In this document: piece after piece, positions 11,998-25,600 of the stretch
How the letters are laid out: the number at the start of each line of letters is the position of its first letter
Numbering within the stretch: position 1 is the stretch's first letter
Assembly: GCA_003344405.1 (NCBI GenBank)
Contig: NOWV01000171.1
Coordinates: forward strand, 117,558 to 170,073
Direction of reading: 5' to 3'
Source: Trichoplax sp. H2
Taxonomy: Eukaryota
DNA length: 52,516 nucleotides
Translations under genes and position numbers: made by a program
The notes under the pieces: model-generated
What the model saw: only the letters and a program-made list of their open reading frames with translations
The model's database searches: none
What the model was told of the DNA's origin: nothing

Positions 11998-14900
11998 CTA
12001 GTAACGGAACAGTAAATGAAGACAGAAATGAGGAAGGACTAAAACTTGGCGATATATTTTCTTGTTAAATCCCGAAGTATCGAACATTAAGAGAGTAGTA
12101 TAAATTATAAAATTGTGCATTGATATATATGTCGTCAAAACTATGTAGAGTTGGTTACTATGCATTATGCCTACTTATGGTCGATCATATTATTTCGTTT
12201 ATGTGAATTTATACAATGTTATGAAAAGCTAATCATTGTTTATTTACTAAAAATCATCTAAATATTATGGTAAATTTTGCAATAAGTGATTTAATTGCAA
12301 CAGTTGGAACTAGTAGAAATCATTTTACTCTCAAGTATTGAAAATCATTTACCTGAATTGAGAGGCCTAAATGCTTTATCATCAACTGTTCGATGAGTCT
12401 ATAAAATGGATGAAACTATTAAACATATCTAACGGTCTTCCTTTCACTGATCTCTTCTCGTTTATTTTAAGTAAACATCATAGAAAAATAATATTCAATA
12501 TAGTCTAGATGTTTAAAATGTCAGATGTATAATATTTGTTGGTGCTCTCTTGTTCTTGCAAAATATTTTACCATAGCAAGTTTCATTATATAGTGACCAC
12601 TACGTAAGATGGCGGCCCTTTACCAGGCTTTATTCGCTATCTAGCATATTTCACTGTCTGGTAAATAAGTGCTTAATCTGATGATTTCTATGCTAGCTAC
12701 AGGTATTATTTTAGAATCTAATATTATAAACTACTTTGTAAAACTTCATATATGCGATTACTCAGGGATATTTTTATCAAGAGCACTAAAAACGATTAAA
12801 ACTTATATCATAATAGAACGTCAATGATTATAATTACGTATTTGTACATTTAAGTAAGACGAAATATAAATTATATTACTTTTGAACTCCAGAAACCTGT
12901 CCTATTCTAAGGATTTTCTAATGATTGCCTTATTTAAAAGTACCTTGAGGATGGACACTTTCCACTTAATTTCTGATCGGTGTTGACTATTGTCACTGAT
13001 TATAATTCGACCAATTAATCCAGCATCAGGCAATTTCTCGGTCAATTGGCAAGCAAAATCTTCTAAGATCATGCTACCATTGAAGACAACTGTCTGAATA
13101 AGCGTTTCTTGTCCCAAATCCCGGTCAGCATTAAAGCCTTTACCCGTCAATTCGATGTTATAATAGCCATTTTTAATGCGCAAATCTCTAGCAAATCCAA
13201 CTATATTTGAAAATCCAAATTGATGATCTAAAGATTCATTCGATCGTAATACGACAATGCGGAAAGCAGTACGGAAATTATCTTCGCAGTCATCTACCAT
13301 CAAAACGTAGCAATTATAATAATCTGATATACTCGGATAACGGAAAGCAGGCCCTAATTCATAATGATCCAAAACTGATCGCTCATATTTATATAACCCT
13401 ACAAAAGTGGAAAAACGGCTGATTGGAAAGGAAAGGCTTTCATTACCCTGAGCATCTCGATTTACACGGTAATCAGCATCAATTAAATGCCATTCTGGTC
13501 TCTTTTCTTCAACACAATCACTATACCATAACGTTAATGGCAATGTATCATCTAAAGTTAAATTGAATTGCTGCCTAATTTTATCGCTATCCGGCAGAGG
13601 CAATGTCACTGTTACACAGTCCATGTCAGTACTTTGAAATTCATGATGATGTGGGCGAAACATAACCACAGGTGTAGCTTGCGCAAATGCTTCTGTTTCA
13701 TATGGATCAGCACCGTATGGCGGATCAGCATAAAATATTTTAATTTCGACTACTAAATCTGTGCTCGCACAATCAGCAGGTATATGACACTCAACTGAAG
13801 GGATAGACGGAAGTGTAACATAGCCTCCGATATTGGCTTCAATTTCGTGCTCATATGTAGGGTATCCTGTCAAGAAAGTAAGGATAGCTTATAATTAAAT
13901 GGCATGAGATATAAATGGCAGTTTTTGAGGAAAATATGTTTTAGTTTCTCTAACAGCATAGACACACATATTTCATCTATTTTGATGACTATTTCTACCT
14001 GTATTAGTTAATTCTAATCGATCTTCAAATTTCGCTTTGCCACTCATTATTTCTTCGTTGCTATTACCGATACTGCATTAAAATTTTAAGTTAATATGAA
14101 TGTAATAGAAGAAAATCTGTTTAACAGAAAGATACAAGCCCGAATAACATGAATTCTATAACGGTCGTCTATCTTACATTTCCAGAGATGCTTCCGAGTT
14201 TGAACCTACTAATAAATGATATCGAGTACAAAGTCAAATTATTCAATCGATTAATTTAATAAAATAGTTAGACATAGTGAATGCTATTATTAAATCATAA
14301 ATTACAACTGTATCATTTTAGCATGATTCTTATAATACAATATATTATGGTAATCTATAGATCAAAGTAACGTTTTAAGAATGATAACTGATGCTATCCG
14401 GGTTGATCATAGCTAGAGATAACTATACTTTAGTAATTTGTACATTACAATAACTAACAAGAAGCACATAGAATACATGTGGCAAGTAAACTACGTATAA
14501 ATTCAAAATAAGCGATGCAATATACGCCAATATAAATGATCAGAAATAGTTTACAGTAAATTTATGTAATGTATCAAGCTAAGAAAAGTTAAGTTTTTCA
14601 GACTTACTTATATCATTTCGTAGAGACTTAGTTCTGGATATATCAGTGCTCTACCGTAGATGTAGAAATACAGTAAAAACATGTTATTTGGGAATAATTT
14701 AAAATTTTTTTTAAATTGATAAAAAAGTTGAAGATTAATCATCACATAATATCTTGAATTAATTCAAATCAGGTTTTCTATCTCACGTTTCTAACTCCAA
14801 TTTCCAATATTCAGTGTTTTTGGGTTCATACTAATTTAGTGTAGTTTACTATACTGTACAATGTACATAGGGTTTACACCAACTAAAATTTTTTATAGTA

Positions 14901-17900
14901 GCGCAAAGATAGAGAGAAACTAATTTTAGATTAGTCATAGTATATCACTGCTTACGGTAACAGAGCGATGGAAGAATACTTTTTCAACAGTGGTCATGAA
15001 GCTATTACCAAGAGCAATATCTTTAGCTGTTTTACCATCCTAATAGCGTAAAAAGATGTATAATTAAAGTTTAAAATTATTTCCTTTACCGGTTAGTTTT
15101 CATTAAAAAAATGAGCATTAGCAAGTTAAAATTAAAACTAAACGGACTATAATTTCTAGTGTTTGAAATCTATCTTGTAGGTATAATATTAAACGTATAC
15201 GTACGTGTATACCACATATAATATATTTAGTATGATAGCGAAAATGTTGATAATACCAATTAAATATATCACAGATATCAAAGCTTTCAGATTACTTACA
15301 ATTCATACCAATTTATCATTGCTATTCTTAAAAGTACGAAATTTGTGATTATCTCTCCTTAAAATAGACGTTTGAGAATCTTTGTAATATCAAAAGCAGA
15401 CTTACATTATTTACTTCATGAATGTTGGCATTATGTTCCAGAAGCATGTGCACACATTTTTCATGTTGATACCGGGAGGCCAAATGTAACGGTGTGTTAC
15501 CATTCTAATAATTAGTTGCCAAAAGAAATCAAAATCTAGAATATCAATTCTGCTAGGAATATGAATATGTCACTTCTAATTGTTATGAATTAGTTAAAAA
15601 GTTCAGAAAAATAGGATTGTAAGAATTGCTCAGAGTAGAAAAGATATTGCGATCCCATAAGTTGACGGCTATTTCTAGCTGGCTTAATTGCATAGATTAA
15701 AAATAAAGAATCGAAATAGAGTCTTACAATATCTTTGTTATCGATATCAATTTCATCTTGCTTCAAAAGCCATTCTAAAACGTCGACTTTACCAGTTTTT
15801 GCAGCAATATGCATAAGAGTTCGGTTTTCCTGTATAAAATAAAAATAGTAAATTTCAGTGTTTTAAAGGAGACCAAAATCAGAACAGGTTAAAGTAAGTG
15901 TTTGAAATTAGATATTTAGTGCGGAGTACACTATGCAAGGAAGGTATGCATCTAGGGTAGTTGTAAACTAGATAAAATTTAGATTATATCTGTACATCAT
16001 CTCTAGACAGTTCCTTACTTTACAGACGATTAATTTTTCACCAGCAATTATGAATAATTACTACTAAATTTAGCAATATTTATGTAATGTCAAATAGTAA
16101 TTGATTTCAGCAACGTTCTTCTCTCCTTAAATGTAGCATGTTAGCTAATGATATCACTCAATACCTCACATTTTATAAGACAAAACTCTACTCCTCTATT
16201 ATTTGAGTTATTACATTTTATTCGTATTATTAAAACAAATCACAATAGACCTTTAAACGTTATAACGAATCAGATAAGGATATTAATATTTTAATGATGG
16301 ATTTAGGATCATTATCGACTTCTGCACCGTATAAAATACGCAGTATCATACCTAATAGTTACCGTATTCAAATTGAAGAATAGTATTAGCTGTAATTGAA
16401 GATGTAACTCAAAACTACTTTAATTTTAGTCAAAAAATTTCAATACATGGTGAGCTACTTGCTTAGCTATTTTAGAGTGAAATTTCAACTGCAATTAAAA
16501 TTTAAAAAGTATCCTTTTTAATTAGGCTATTTTAAACATAATACTTACATCGTCACGAGCTGTCAAACTGTTGTTATTATCATATAAAATCTTTAGGAGA
16601 TGTAAGAAGCCATACGAAGCCGCATAATGCATAGGTGTCTGCTGATATTTCTGTCAAGATCAAAACGTAAATTAGAATTATTACTGTCCTACTCTGTCTT
16701 GATCAATCATAACTATTGTGAGCTGTAGCGATGTTTAATCGAATAAACGATATGGAGTAGAACTAACATCTTTAGCGTTAGCATTGACACCAAATTGAAG
16801 TAGCAATCGCACAGCATGGTGATCGTCATAATCAACTGCTTTATGCAGTGCATTTCGATGAAAGTGCCTCTATTGGCATAAATATAATCCAAATCAACAA
16901 GACATTACGTTATGTTTAAGTTAACTATCAAATTGCCAAATTGAGTTATCCTTCAAGTAGTAAATTATAATCGCATTATTTCTGAAAGAATACGCAATAC
17001 CATCCAAGATTTCTAACCTTATCATGTACGTTGATGTTTATATTATTCTTGTTCATTTCCTTTAATACTACCTCATTTCGGCAATGTGCAATCCTGTAGA
17101 TCTCGTTAGTGGTGATCTGTAAGTTAATTAATGAGCAACAATCAATAGTTGTTCCACTTATTTATCGAATTGCATTATATAATTCTTACCGAATATTTCT
17201 TGCCAAATTTCTTATTTCAATCATTATTTCAAATCAAGAAGTGATATAAAATATGAAGCATTACTTATTCACAGAATTACATACCGGTAATTTATCAAGT
17301 GCATCACTAAAAACACTGAATAAGCTAATACGAATTTATTAGCTAAGTGATATAATAGAATGAACGATGTCTTGTATAATATTTTAATAAATTATTCAAT
17401 TTCTGACAAGTACAGTCATGGTATAGGTACATACAGAAATGTTTTTGGAAGAATTAAGATTCTTTACTGATGTCTTTTCTGGTAATTTTGCAACAGAACT
17501 TTCCGTTGAACTTATCACCTTGCTGCTGCATGATGATCGATCGTCAGGGCTATTTTCATTATCTTGCTCATATGACGCACTATTAGCACACTAGAGTATA
17601 AATGGCAAATGGGTCATCCATGACAGTAGAAATCGAAATCATAAGCTAGCAATTCACAACTTAAAGATTAGGTCGTTGATCATAATTACTCGTCCTACCC
17701 AAACGATACTATGCACCATTGCTTCAATGGTATCAGTACATTGATTTTCTACTGCTAGATCAGTGGCTGTCTTATTATCCTAATAAATTTTAAGGTCGAA
17801 TAGAATACTGTTAACTTTTTCAATCCATTTACTTTCGAGCTATATTTATAGCACTAGCGTACAATGTAATGCCTATTGTAAGATAGCTTGGTAAGTTAAT

Positions 17901-20900
17901 TGCCTGAATAGTTCTATATTGTTCAATGCTAGCATTATAATTAGTAATTTCTATCAGTAAAGAAGACATTTATTAGCGTAGTAAAATGAATATGAAAATA
18001 TTTAGTATTTAAATTAATATGCTTTAAGTTAAGGAATGCAGAAATGAAAAGCTCTTTCAAATACTAGCTGCATCATAATTCAATTTGGCATTTTATAGTC
18101 ATAAATAAGATTAGAACGATCAAATGAGCAATTACTGGGTATCATTAATTAAGAGGATTTATTCTAATTTTCTTTCAGTATCATAGTAGATAATTTATAC
18201 CAATACGTATTAGAGATATTACTAAAAGAGATACTTTCATTATATTCTAAAAAACTTGAATATTAGTAAGGAATCATACCGGTATTTCTTTACTTACAGA
18301 ATTCCTTATATTAACGCCTCCGCCATTGCGTAGTAAGATTTTAACGCAAGCTGTTTTACCATTGCTAGCAGCTAAATGAAGTGCTGTACAGCCATCCTAT
18401 TTTAAATTCATAAAAATATCTAATGCTAGTCGTAAAATGTATTTGGTTTCTTTAATGTTAGCAACGCAATTTGATCACTCGAAAAAAATCAGTGTGATTG
18501 GTTATTGAAATCTTGGTTTAAGAACTACTGTTATAATTACTTTAAAATATAAATTTTGGATCGATTCATGATATTTCTTGTAATGTGTTATTTCTTATCA
18601 TGAGAAAAACCCTCGATCCTTATATGAGTACCGTACATGCAGTACTTACCGAATTTTGATAATTTACTTCCACATTTTGTTCGATTAACCATTTTAATGT
18701 TGTTGGTTTACCATTCTTGGCCGCGAAATGTAAGGGCACTGATTTCGTCTAGCATTACGAGTAGAGAAAGAATAAGATAGCGTTGAGTTAGAAAGGATCG
18801 AGATTTATAGTATATTCATAATACTCAATTTCAGATCTATAGTACGTTACTTAATAAAATTGAGCGAGTGCAAAATTGAACTCGCCTGTGACTATAAAAA
18901 CGTATATTAGTGACTGCTACTTCTTCATATTCACTTTTAAATTATTCATTAATTACATTGTGACCCTCAAATATGTTCAATAAAACACCTGTTACGTTTA
19001 TGTCATTGGTAATTAAGCAAGCATTTTAAGTTCATACAGATACAAGTTTTATCTAATAAAATTACGAGCAGTAATAGATTGAAAAACATGTACTGCTATT
19101 GAACTATCAAGATCTGGATTAGTAAGTTCCTTTAGAACAGGTTTCTGAGACATAAATAGTTTGATTTATAAGATTTTACTTACATTATCCATGGCCATTA
19201 GGTTCCCTTTATTAGCGAATAATACTTTTAAAATTTCTATACAACCAAATCCTGCTGCATGATGTACGGGTGTAGCCTCCCATTTCTATTAAATGAAAGA
19301 AAATATATTCCATGCCTAAAACTTTCGTAAGCTACTGAAACTTTTCATTCTTGAAAATATCATTCTTTCATGCTAATGCCCTTTATAAATCATTAAAATT
19401 AGCCAAGCAAGCCCTTCTTACATCGGTGGCATTTGGATTCGCTCCATAATTTAGTAAAGTCATGACAACTCCCAGATCTTTATATTCCACCGCTTTATGC
19501 AAGGCTGTTCGATCAAATTGTGTCTATAACGATCATATAGCCATGATCAAGTAGGTAACATATACAGTAACCAGTCAACAAGCAAATTAATTTCATAACC
19601 TACTTCGCAGTTATCTATATATGTTCAGCAAGTGTAAGCTACAAGTGTCCTTTCCGTTTTGAAATAAATTTTTTAACAGTCATCTACCTTATCTTCCATA
19701 TCGATATCTTTCGCATGACCAGCTAAAAATTTTTCTTCTCTCAATTTTGCTGCTTTATAAATAATATCGGTAGATACCTATACATATTCAGAGCATGGTA
19801 TTAGTGTGTTACATTAGCTGATAGAAGGGCGATAATCGATAATTAAGAAGATAAGAATCCTACAGTTTGTTTATTTCGAATGCCTGTAAGGGATAATGTA
19901 CTTGCTCGTCTGGGCTAAAAATTAAATCATAACTTAAGATAAGTAGCTATTAGTTTACTCATACGATATCTTCCATCAAGTTGGAATGTATTAAGCAGAG
20001 TCCATGGCATAAAGTAATTATTTCCAGATAATTTAACCTAATTAAATCTTTTTACTACGCCAATCTGACAAACCTTAAATCATTAGGAAGCTAGAAGCGT
20101 AGCAATGCAAAATTTATTGCTTCGGTACATTTTTTAGAAAACGCTAAGCATTGATTCTATTCATGCTAAGTGAAACTGATTGACTGACATACGTAACAAT
20201 ATGATTTTACAGTAAATTTTCTTGTTTTAACAGCATATACGTAAGACAACCGTAACTTGCTATTAGAACTTTGCTACCTTGTTATTAGCTGTTGTGGCAA
20301 CATTGATACCCTTGAATAGATTGACAACATTATCGTGACCTTTCATGTTGGCAAGATCTTCAGCCGTTTTGTTATCCTAATAGCAGAATTATAGATCATA
20401 TTAATTGTTACCATCGCTTATTTGTGAAAAAGCTTTTGATCGTTTTATTAGTTTTAGGATAGAGATAGCTCTTGTTAATCTTTAAACTACTAAAAGAAAT
20501 TATTAAGCTTTCCTTCATTCATTGTAAAAGCATATCAGGACAGCATGATGGGCTTTTACAACTAATGAAGCATTATCTTTACTAGATTTCTACACTAAAA
20601 GATGAGATAGACGAGTTGTGATGTCTTAAATGAAATGTTACGATTCATAAATTTCTGAATTGGTAATCATAATGAATGATTTCGAAAAAGTAGTCCATTT
20701 TATAGAATTTTGTGAAAAATCTATAAGTCATATTTACGCCTTTGTACCGTCCTTGAATCGAATTATATTAGAATTTAGCACGTCTAACAAATACCTTATT
20801 GAATACATCTGATGATGCTTTACTCTCCAGTAGCATCCTGACGCAAGTAAAGTTTCCATAAAGTGCTGCTAGATGTAGAGGTGTATTTCCATCCTAATAT

Positions 20901-22621
20901 GTGTACAATTACTAGATCTGGTTATACAGGTATCCGTTATAAGGAACATTATATTTCAGAGTACAAATAGTAACAACTGACATAAATTGTAAAATATTTA
21001 AATTTGAGTTGAAAATGATGTTCTTCGGAAATAGATAAACAGCAACTAAATTGATTAATATGGAAGGTTGCGATTAACTTACTTCTCTCTTGCAATTTAA
21101 ATTAAGACGGCGTTGAATTAGCCAGAGCAAAATGTCAGAACGATCGTATTTTGCAGCAAAATGCAAAGGAGTTCCAGCTTGCTATCAGATTTGGAATTAA
21201 CAGGTTACAAATATATTTCGAGCAATTGCGTAATAAGCGTCGAAGTTTTGATAATCTATTATCAATTGTAATTACTTTATCTGTCGCTTCTAATTCTCCT
21301 TTTCTAGTATGTAAAACTTGTAAAATTTCTAAGTAACCTTCTTTAACAGCATAATGGCAAGGTGTTAAACCCCATTTCTATGTCAGAAATATTGTACAGC
21401 GAAAACAATGTATTAGTAAGTGCTTAAAATTTAAAAGGTAGATTATTTCGTCAGATTTTAACTATCTTAAAACGTAAAAGAGTATATTGACATATATATA
21501 TATACTTTCTCATTTATGCATACATCCTTAACTACGAATATAATGCTGTTCTGATTATCGCTAAGGCAAACACTTTTGGAAAAATTAATTGATTATTCGT
21601 AAGTATATTTCAGCTATCAACTCCAGTATATCATATTGCATGCAAAGATATTGAGCACAGTTGCCAAAGAGTCCGCTGGATCTATGATCATTTGAAATTT
21701 CATTTTAAATAAATTTTTATCAGCTATTCATACAGTTATCCTGAAGTAATTTAACTGAATTTTTATGAAGCAAGAAATGGAGTATACTGTAAATGTAAAT
21801 CTTTCAGCTAGTTTATAACCATTGCTGTAAGATTCAGAAAATCGTTATCGAAATGGGGTATTGATTGAAATGCATTTATTAGTTAGTACTGTATTTATGG
21901 CTAAAAATAATCTATGGCATCATCATGGCGTAAAATATCTTTTAAAATAAGAAATGTAGCATACTGTAAATGTAAATCTTTCAGCTAGTCTATAACCATT
22001 ACTGTAAGATTAATGAAATCGTTATCGAAATGAGTCTTGATTAAAATGAATCTATTTGTTAGTACTAATTATGGCCAAAAATAATCTATGGTATCATCAT
22101 AGCGCTAAATATCTTTCAAGTTAAATTTGCCTATTAATTAATGCCATTTCTACTAGTAAAGTCGTCACTTACATCGCCAATATTTGGATCAGACCCATTT
22201 AATAGTAACAGTACTGCAGCCTCAAGATCTCCTTCTTGGACTGCCTTATGTAAGGCGGTAGATGATAAATTATCCTGGAATTTATAATGCATACCAAGAC
22301 ATATAAAATTACACTTTGTTAGATTATCTGATGTGTCTGTTTCAGGCAAGCATAATGGCTTACAGACTTACATCGGTTAAATTGATATCGGTATGAATGA
22401 TTAAATTTTCTAACGTTTCCTCATTGTAGCTTTTGGCAGCATTTAAAATATCTTGCATCGTATACTGCAGATGAGTAGATAAAGATTATTAAAAATAAAA
22501 TTGGACTAATTAGTGATTGCACTTAAATACATTATCCGAAGTATTCGATAATTATTTGACTGATAGAAATCAAACTCACAGCGGAAGAGGAACCATTCTT
22601 TGCATCCGCTTTTTCTTCCAT
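11738..22621 (-). CDS. Ankyrin-like gene: N-terminal ankyrin repeats, then a ZU5(/UPA)-like region and a C-terminal death domain. Span is start codon to stop codon, with many ~100-nt exons.
   Basis: Minus-strand exons encode canonical ANK repeats, for example DGNTPLHLAALYGNFTCVRMLLE (~20810-20900), QAGTPLHFAAKYDRSDILLWLIQ (~21060-21160), DGCTALHLAASNGKTACVKILLRNGGGVN (~18290-18390), TKSVPLHFAAKNGKPTTLKWLIE (~18650-18750) and ENRTLMHIAAKTGKVDVLEWLLK (15728-15829). The 3' end is a ZU5-like exon (ORF 12902-13873), a 46-nt linker exon and a death-domain exon (ORF 11738-11995), all of whose phases are mutually consistent. Confidence 0.8.
12353..12398 (-). CDS. Ankyrin-like gene 46-nt linker exon (THRTVDDKAFRPLNS)
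   Basis: Acceptor is ttttatag|ACT and donor is TTCAG|GTAAATG. This is the only exon that restores the frame between the ZU5 exon (leaves in phase 0) and the death-domain exon (requires 1 nt). Confidence 0.5.
12944..13866 (-). CDS. Ankyrin-like gene large exon encoding a ZU5-like (and probable UPA-like) region
   Basis: This is minus ORF 12902-13873 (323 aa). IGGYVTLPSIPSVECHIPADCAS…IKIF is a ZU5-type pattern (compare GGxLxLPxxGVSLxIPPGAI in UNC5 and ankyrin). Acceptor is cttgacag|GA and donor is CTCAAG|GTACTT. The length is 923 nt, entering in phase 1 and leaving in phase 0. Confidence 0.7.
15728..15829 (-). CDS. Ankyrin-like gene ANK-repeat exon (ENRTLMHIAAKTGKVDVLEWLLKQDEIDIDNKDI; 102 nt)
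   Basis: Within minus ORF 15590-15814. Acceptor is ttatacag|GAA and donor is GATATT|GTAAGA. Confidence 0.65.
21763..22127. repeat. Tandem duplication of a ~182-bp unit, 2 copies, in an intron of the ankyrin-like gene and ending ~45 bp from exon 3
   Basis: …agtatactgtaaatgtaaatctttcagctagtttataaccattgctgtaagattcagaaaatcgttatcgaaatg… (~21775) recurs as …agcatactgtaaatgtaaatctttcagctagtctataaccattactgtaagattaatgaaatcgttatcgaaatg… (~21957). Confidence 0.8.
22173..22274 (-). CDS. Ankyrin-like gene exon 3 (DNLSSTALHKAVQEGDLEAAVLLLLNGSDPNIGD; one ANK repeat, 102 nt)
   Basis: Within minus ORF 22134-22349. Acceptor is ttccag|GAT and donor is GGCGAT|GTAAGT. Confidence 0.65.
22372..22464 (-). CDS. Ankyrin-like gene exon 2 (YTMQDILNAAKSYNEETLENLIIHTDINLTD)
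   Basis: Acceptor ctgcag and donor GAT|GTAAGT on the minus strand. It resembles the pre-repeat N-terminal segment of ankyrins (…[24 protein letters not shown]…). Confidence 0.6.
22582..22621 (-). CDS. Ankyrin-like gene exon 1 (MEEKADAKNGSSSA)
   Basis: The minus-strand ATG at 22621-22619 is followed by GCT|GTGAGT (donor = plus-strand actcac at 22574-22579). The phase is compatible with exon 2. Confidence 0.5.
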
Positions 22622-25600
22622 GTCGTCTTGAAACTACGAGAGCAAGGTTAACTCCAAATAACATCTAGTAATCATTAATTCTGACGAGAAGGTAGAAAAC
22701 TTAAAATTAATGCGAAAGCACTCTAACTCTTTCTTAATCGCACAGGTATTAGCGAAGAAGAAATTGGACTACATCTTTTGTCCAATAGATCAAATACATT
22801 TCAGAGCAAAACTTGCTGCAAATTTTAAATAAGTATATTCTACTGTGTATATACACGTATATGGTCATTTAAATAAAAGACTGTGTAGCTTTTAAATCAT
22901 TTATATATACTGCAAATCTTGTACAGTCGCCAAAATATATTAAATTCAAAGGTTTTATATCATGATAAGTATCCATTCTGATCGTATTTTGTGACAGCAC
23001 TACGTTCGTCGAACGGGTATACTTGCACGTTATTAATTCTATATTTGCCGAATTCATACAAAAGTTTTACGAACTAGCTCTGATGATGGCAGTTACAGTG
23101 TTTGCTCGAGAATTTTCTACGATTTTAAAATCTAGCCGGTAGATTACTTACTAAGCTGATGATAATTAATTTATGACATCTGTTATTGTAAAAGGCTATT
23201 GCATCAATTTGGCTTGTAATTTATCTTGACGATGCATTAATTGTCGAATGCAATAAATAAGCATTTATATAGATATTTGGACAATAAAAATTTATCATGA
23301 AATCAAATATTCGATTCGCATGTTAAACTACTTATTGAATTGAATCTGCAAATTAAAGTTCTCAATATGATAAGACTACAGTAAAATTTGCTAATAAGGA
23401 AACTGAAATTGCATTTATGTAACCACGCTTTAAATTATTACCTTCTATGCTAATGATGCTACCATTGCAATTCTGTGAGAAAATTTTACCTTCGGTGAAT
23501 GATATCTTCACCCAGAATATGACATCAAGTTCTGTAACTCTAAGGTTAAAAATTTCTATTTTTCGTAAGAGATACTTATGTAAAGATATCCTTTCTTTTA
23601 AGTGAAAGTGGTGATAAGAATTTTTGACATCAAGGCTAAAATGATGTATTAATAATATATATACCGGTGATTGATGAGTTACTCAGTAAAATTTGATTGA
23701 GATGAAGAGATACAGCACCGTATTGTTTTTTCAATCTAAAATATGCATTAACATAAAATAGGCGATGCAAGTCATATTTTTAAGTGAATCTGATTTATTA
23801 AGTACCGCGTTGGTGTCTGTATAGACAAACCTATATGAAGACCATATGGTGAAGAAATTGAGTGAATGCCTTCATCAGTAACCATATTAATAAACAAAGT
23901 AGAAGAATTAATTACAAACTCTATAGCATAATGTCTATTACTCATGGACTCTGTTAGGCCACACCTTGCAGCCTAAATGCGTCATAAACGATGTCATCTT
24001 AGTTTCCAATCCCCGATGTAAATCGGATGAGCAATTAAGCATTGAATTATTACGCCATCTTTCGTAAGTTACCTTGATAATAGCTATGCTTTTACGAATC
24101 GTGAATTGCTATAACATACAGACTTTTACTGGTGGCTTTATTTTGAGGAAATAGTAATATACAGCTTTTATACTACATTGCTACGAATAACTACTAATTG
24201 AGCTGTAAGTAGATATCTTTATGATCTAGTCTAATCCAGACCTTGGTCTGCAGATTAAAATTTAAAATCGGATCTAGACCACTGTATATATCTAGTAAAT
24301 TTTAGCCATATTCTAGGTAATTTTTACATTCCCCTGAAAATTTTTCTAACATCGAATATCCTAAAATTTCGTTCGTGATTAGGGTTTCATTTTCTATTAA
24401 TACCACAATAGCTACGGTATAGGCCATTAAATGAAACAAATGAAATGGTGTATATTGTATAATAGTTCACTATGGTACAATTACGATTACGCTATTTACC
24501 TTAGCTCCATGGCATGCTTTCTGTGGACATTGGTTGTTGTATTATTAGTCGCTATAATCCCTAGATACACTGCATTAGGAAAATAACTGTTTTACTAAGA
24601 GTATAAGACTGACATGATTATATTACGTAATGCTGTATTCGATATCCATTATGTTTCTAGATCTTATATGCGTTCAACTTCAGAAGCTACAATACATTCA
24701 ATATAGAAAGATCTATTTCAAGGCTCATGAATGCTTTAAATCGAATCATAAATTTTGGTAGAAAGCTTTAATCACTACCCTGTACACGAGTAGTATACAA
24801 ACACTATGGAAAGGTTAGCTGGTGCGCTCATTTCTATGTCATTGCAATATCAGTTGTAGGCGTATGAACTTTTTCGTCGAAGTGTTTAAGTGTTATAAGA
24901 ATGACATCGTGTTTGTTAGCTTGTACTATAAATTAAAGTATCTTGCCTAAAAAGGTATGTTTAACACCGTGAAAGACTTTAGCACCCGAGCATTTTTTTT
25001 TTCAAGGAAATATGTTGTACACTTCGTTTGTTAGGTGCGTATTATAATAGTTCCTATTCTGTTATTGTATAATGGGAGAGATTTTATGTCACTACATCGA
25101 ATTAGTAGATACGTATTATTGATTAAAATTAATACCTGTAGTAATAATTTTACGTGCAATTGCTTAGTCTGTTAATAAAAGTAGGTTTTGATCGCAATTA
25201 CAGTATGCAAAAATGACCAAATGTGTTCTGTCATGTATAAAAGCAAGTCATTGAGACTTAATTATGTCATCTTGTCTTTCAAAAACTAAGTGTTCTTCTT
25301 GCTCATCACGTTTGCTTAATTTCAATAAACAATACAGCATATTCTTAAATCTAGCTAAAATGCTGAAAACCTTAGGATTCCTTAATTAATGAGTATTATT
25401 CAGTAAGTAGCTTTTCCTGATGGCACTAGCGACATCCGATTAAGTATTACCGGTATTTTGAAATATTTGAACTAAGTATTATTGCTTCTGTATACCTCAG
25501 TGCTGTAGTCGAGAATCGGCCAAGATTTACTATATTGTAAATGGGAAAACGCAGTTGCGATGGTAGTTATTACAACTTGCATTTGCAATCTCTTGATTAA

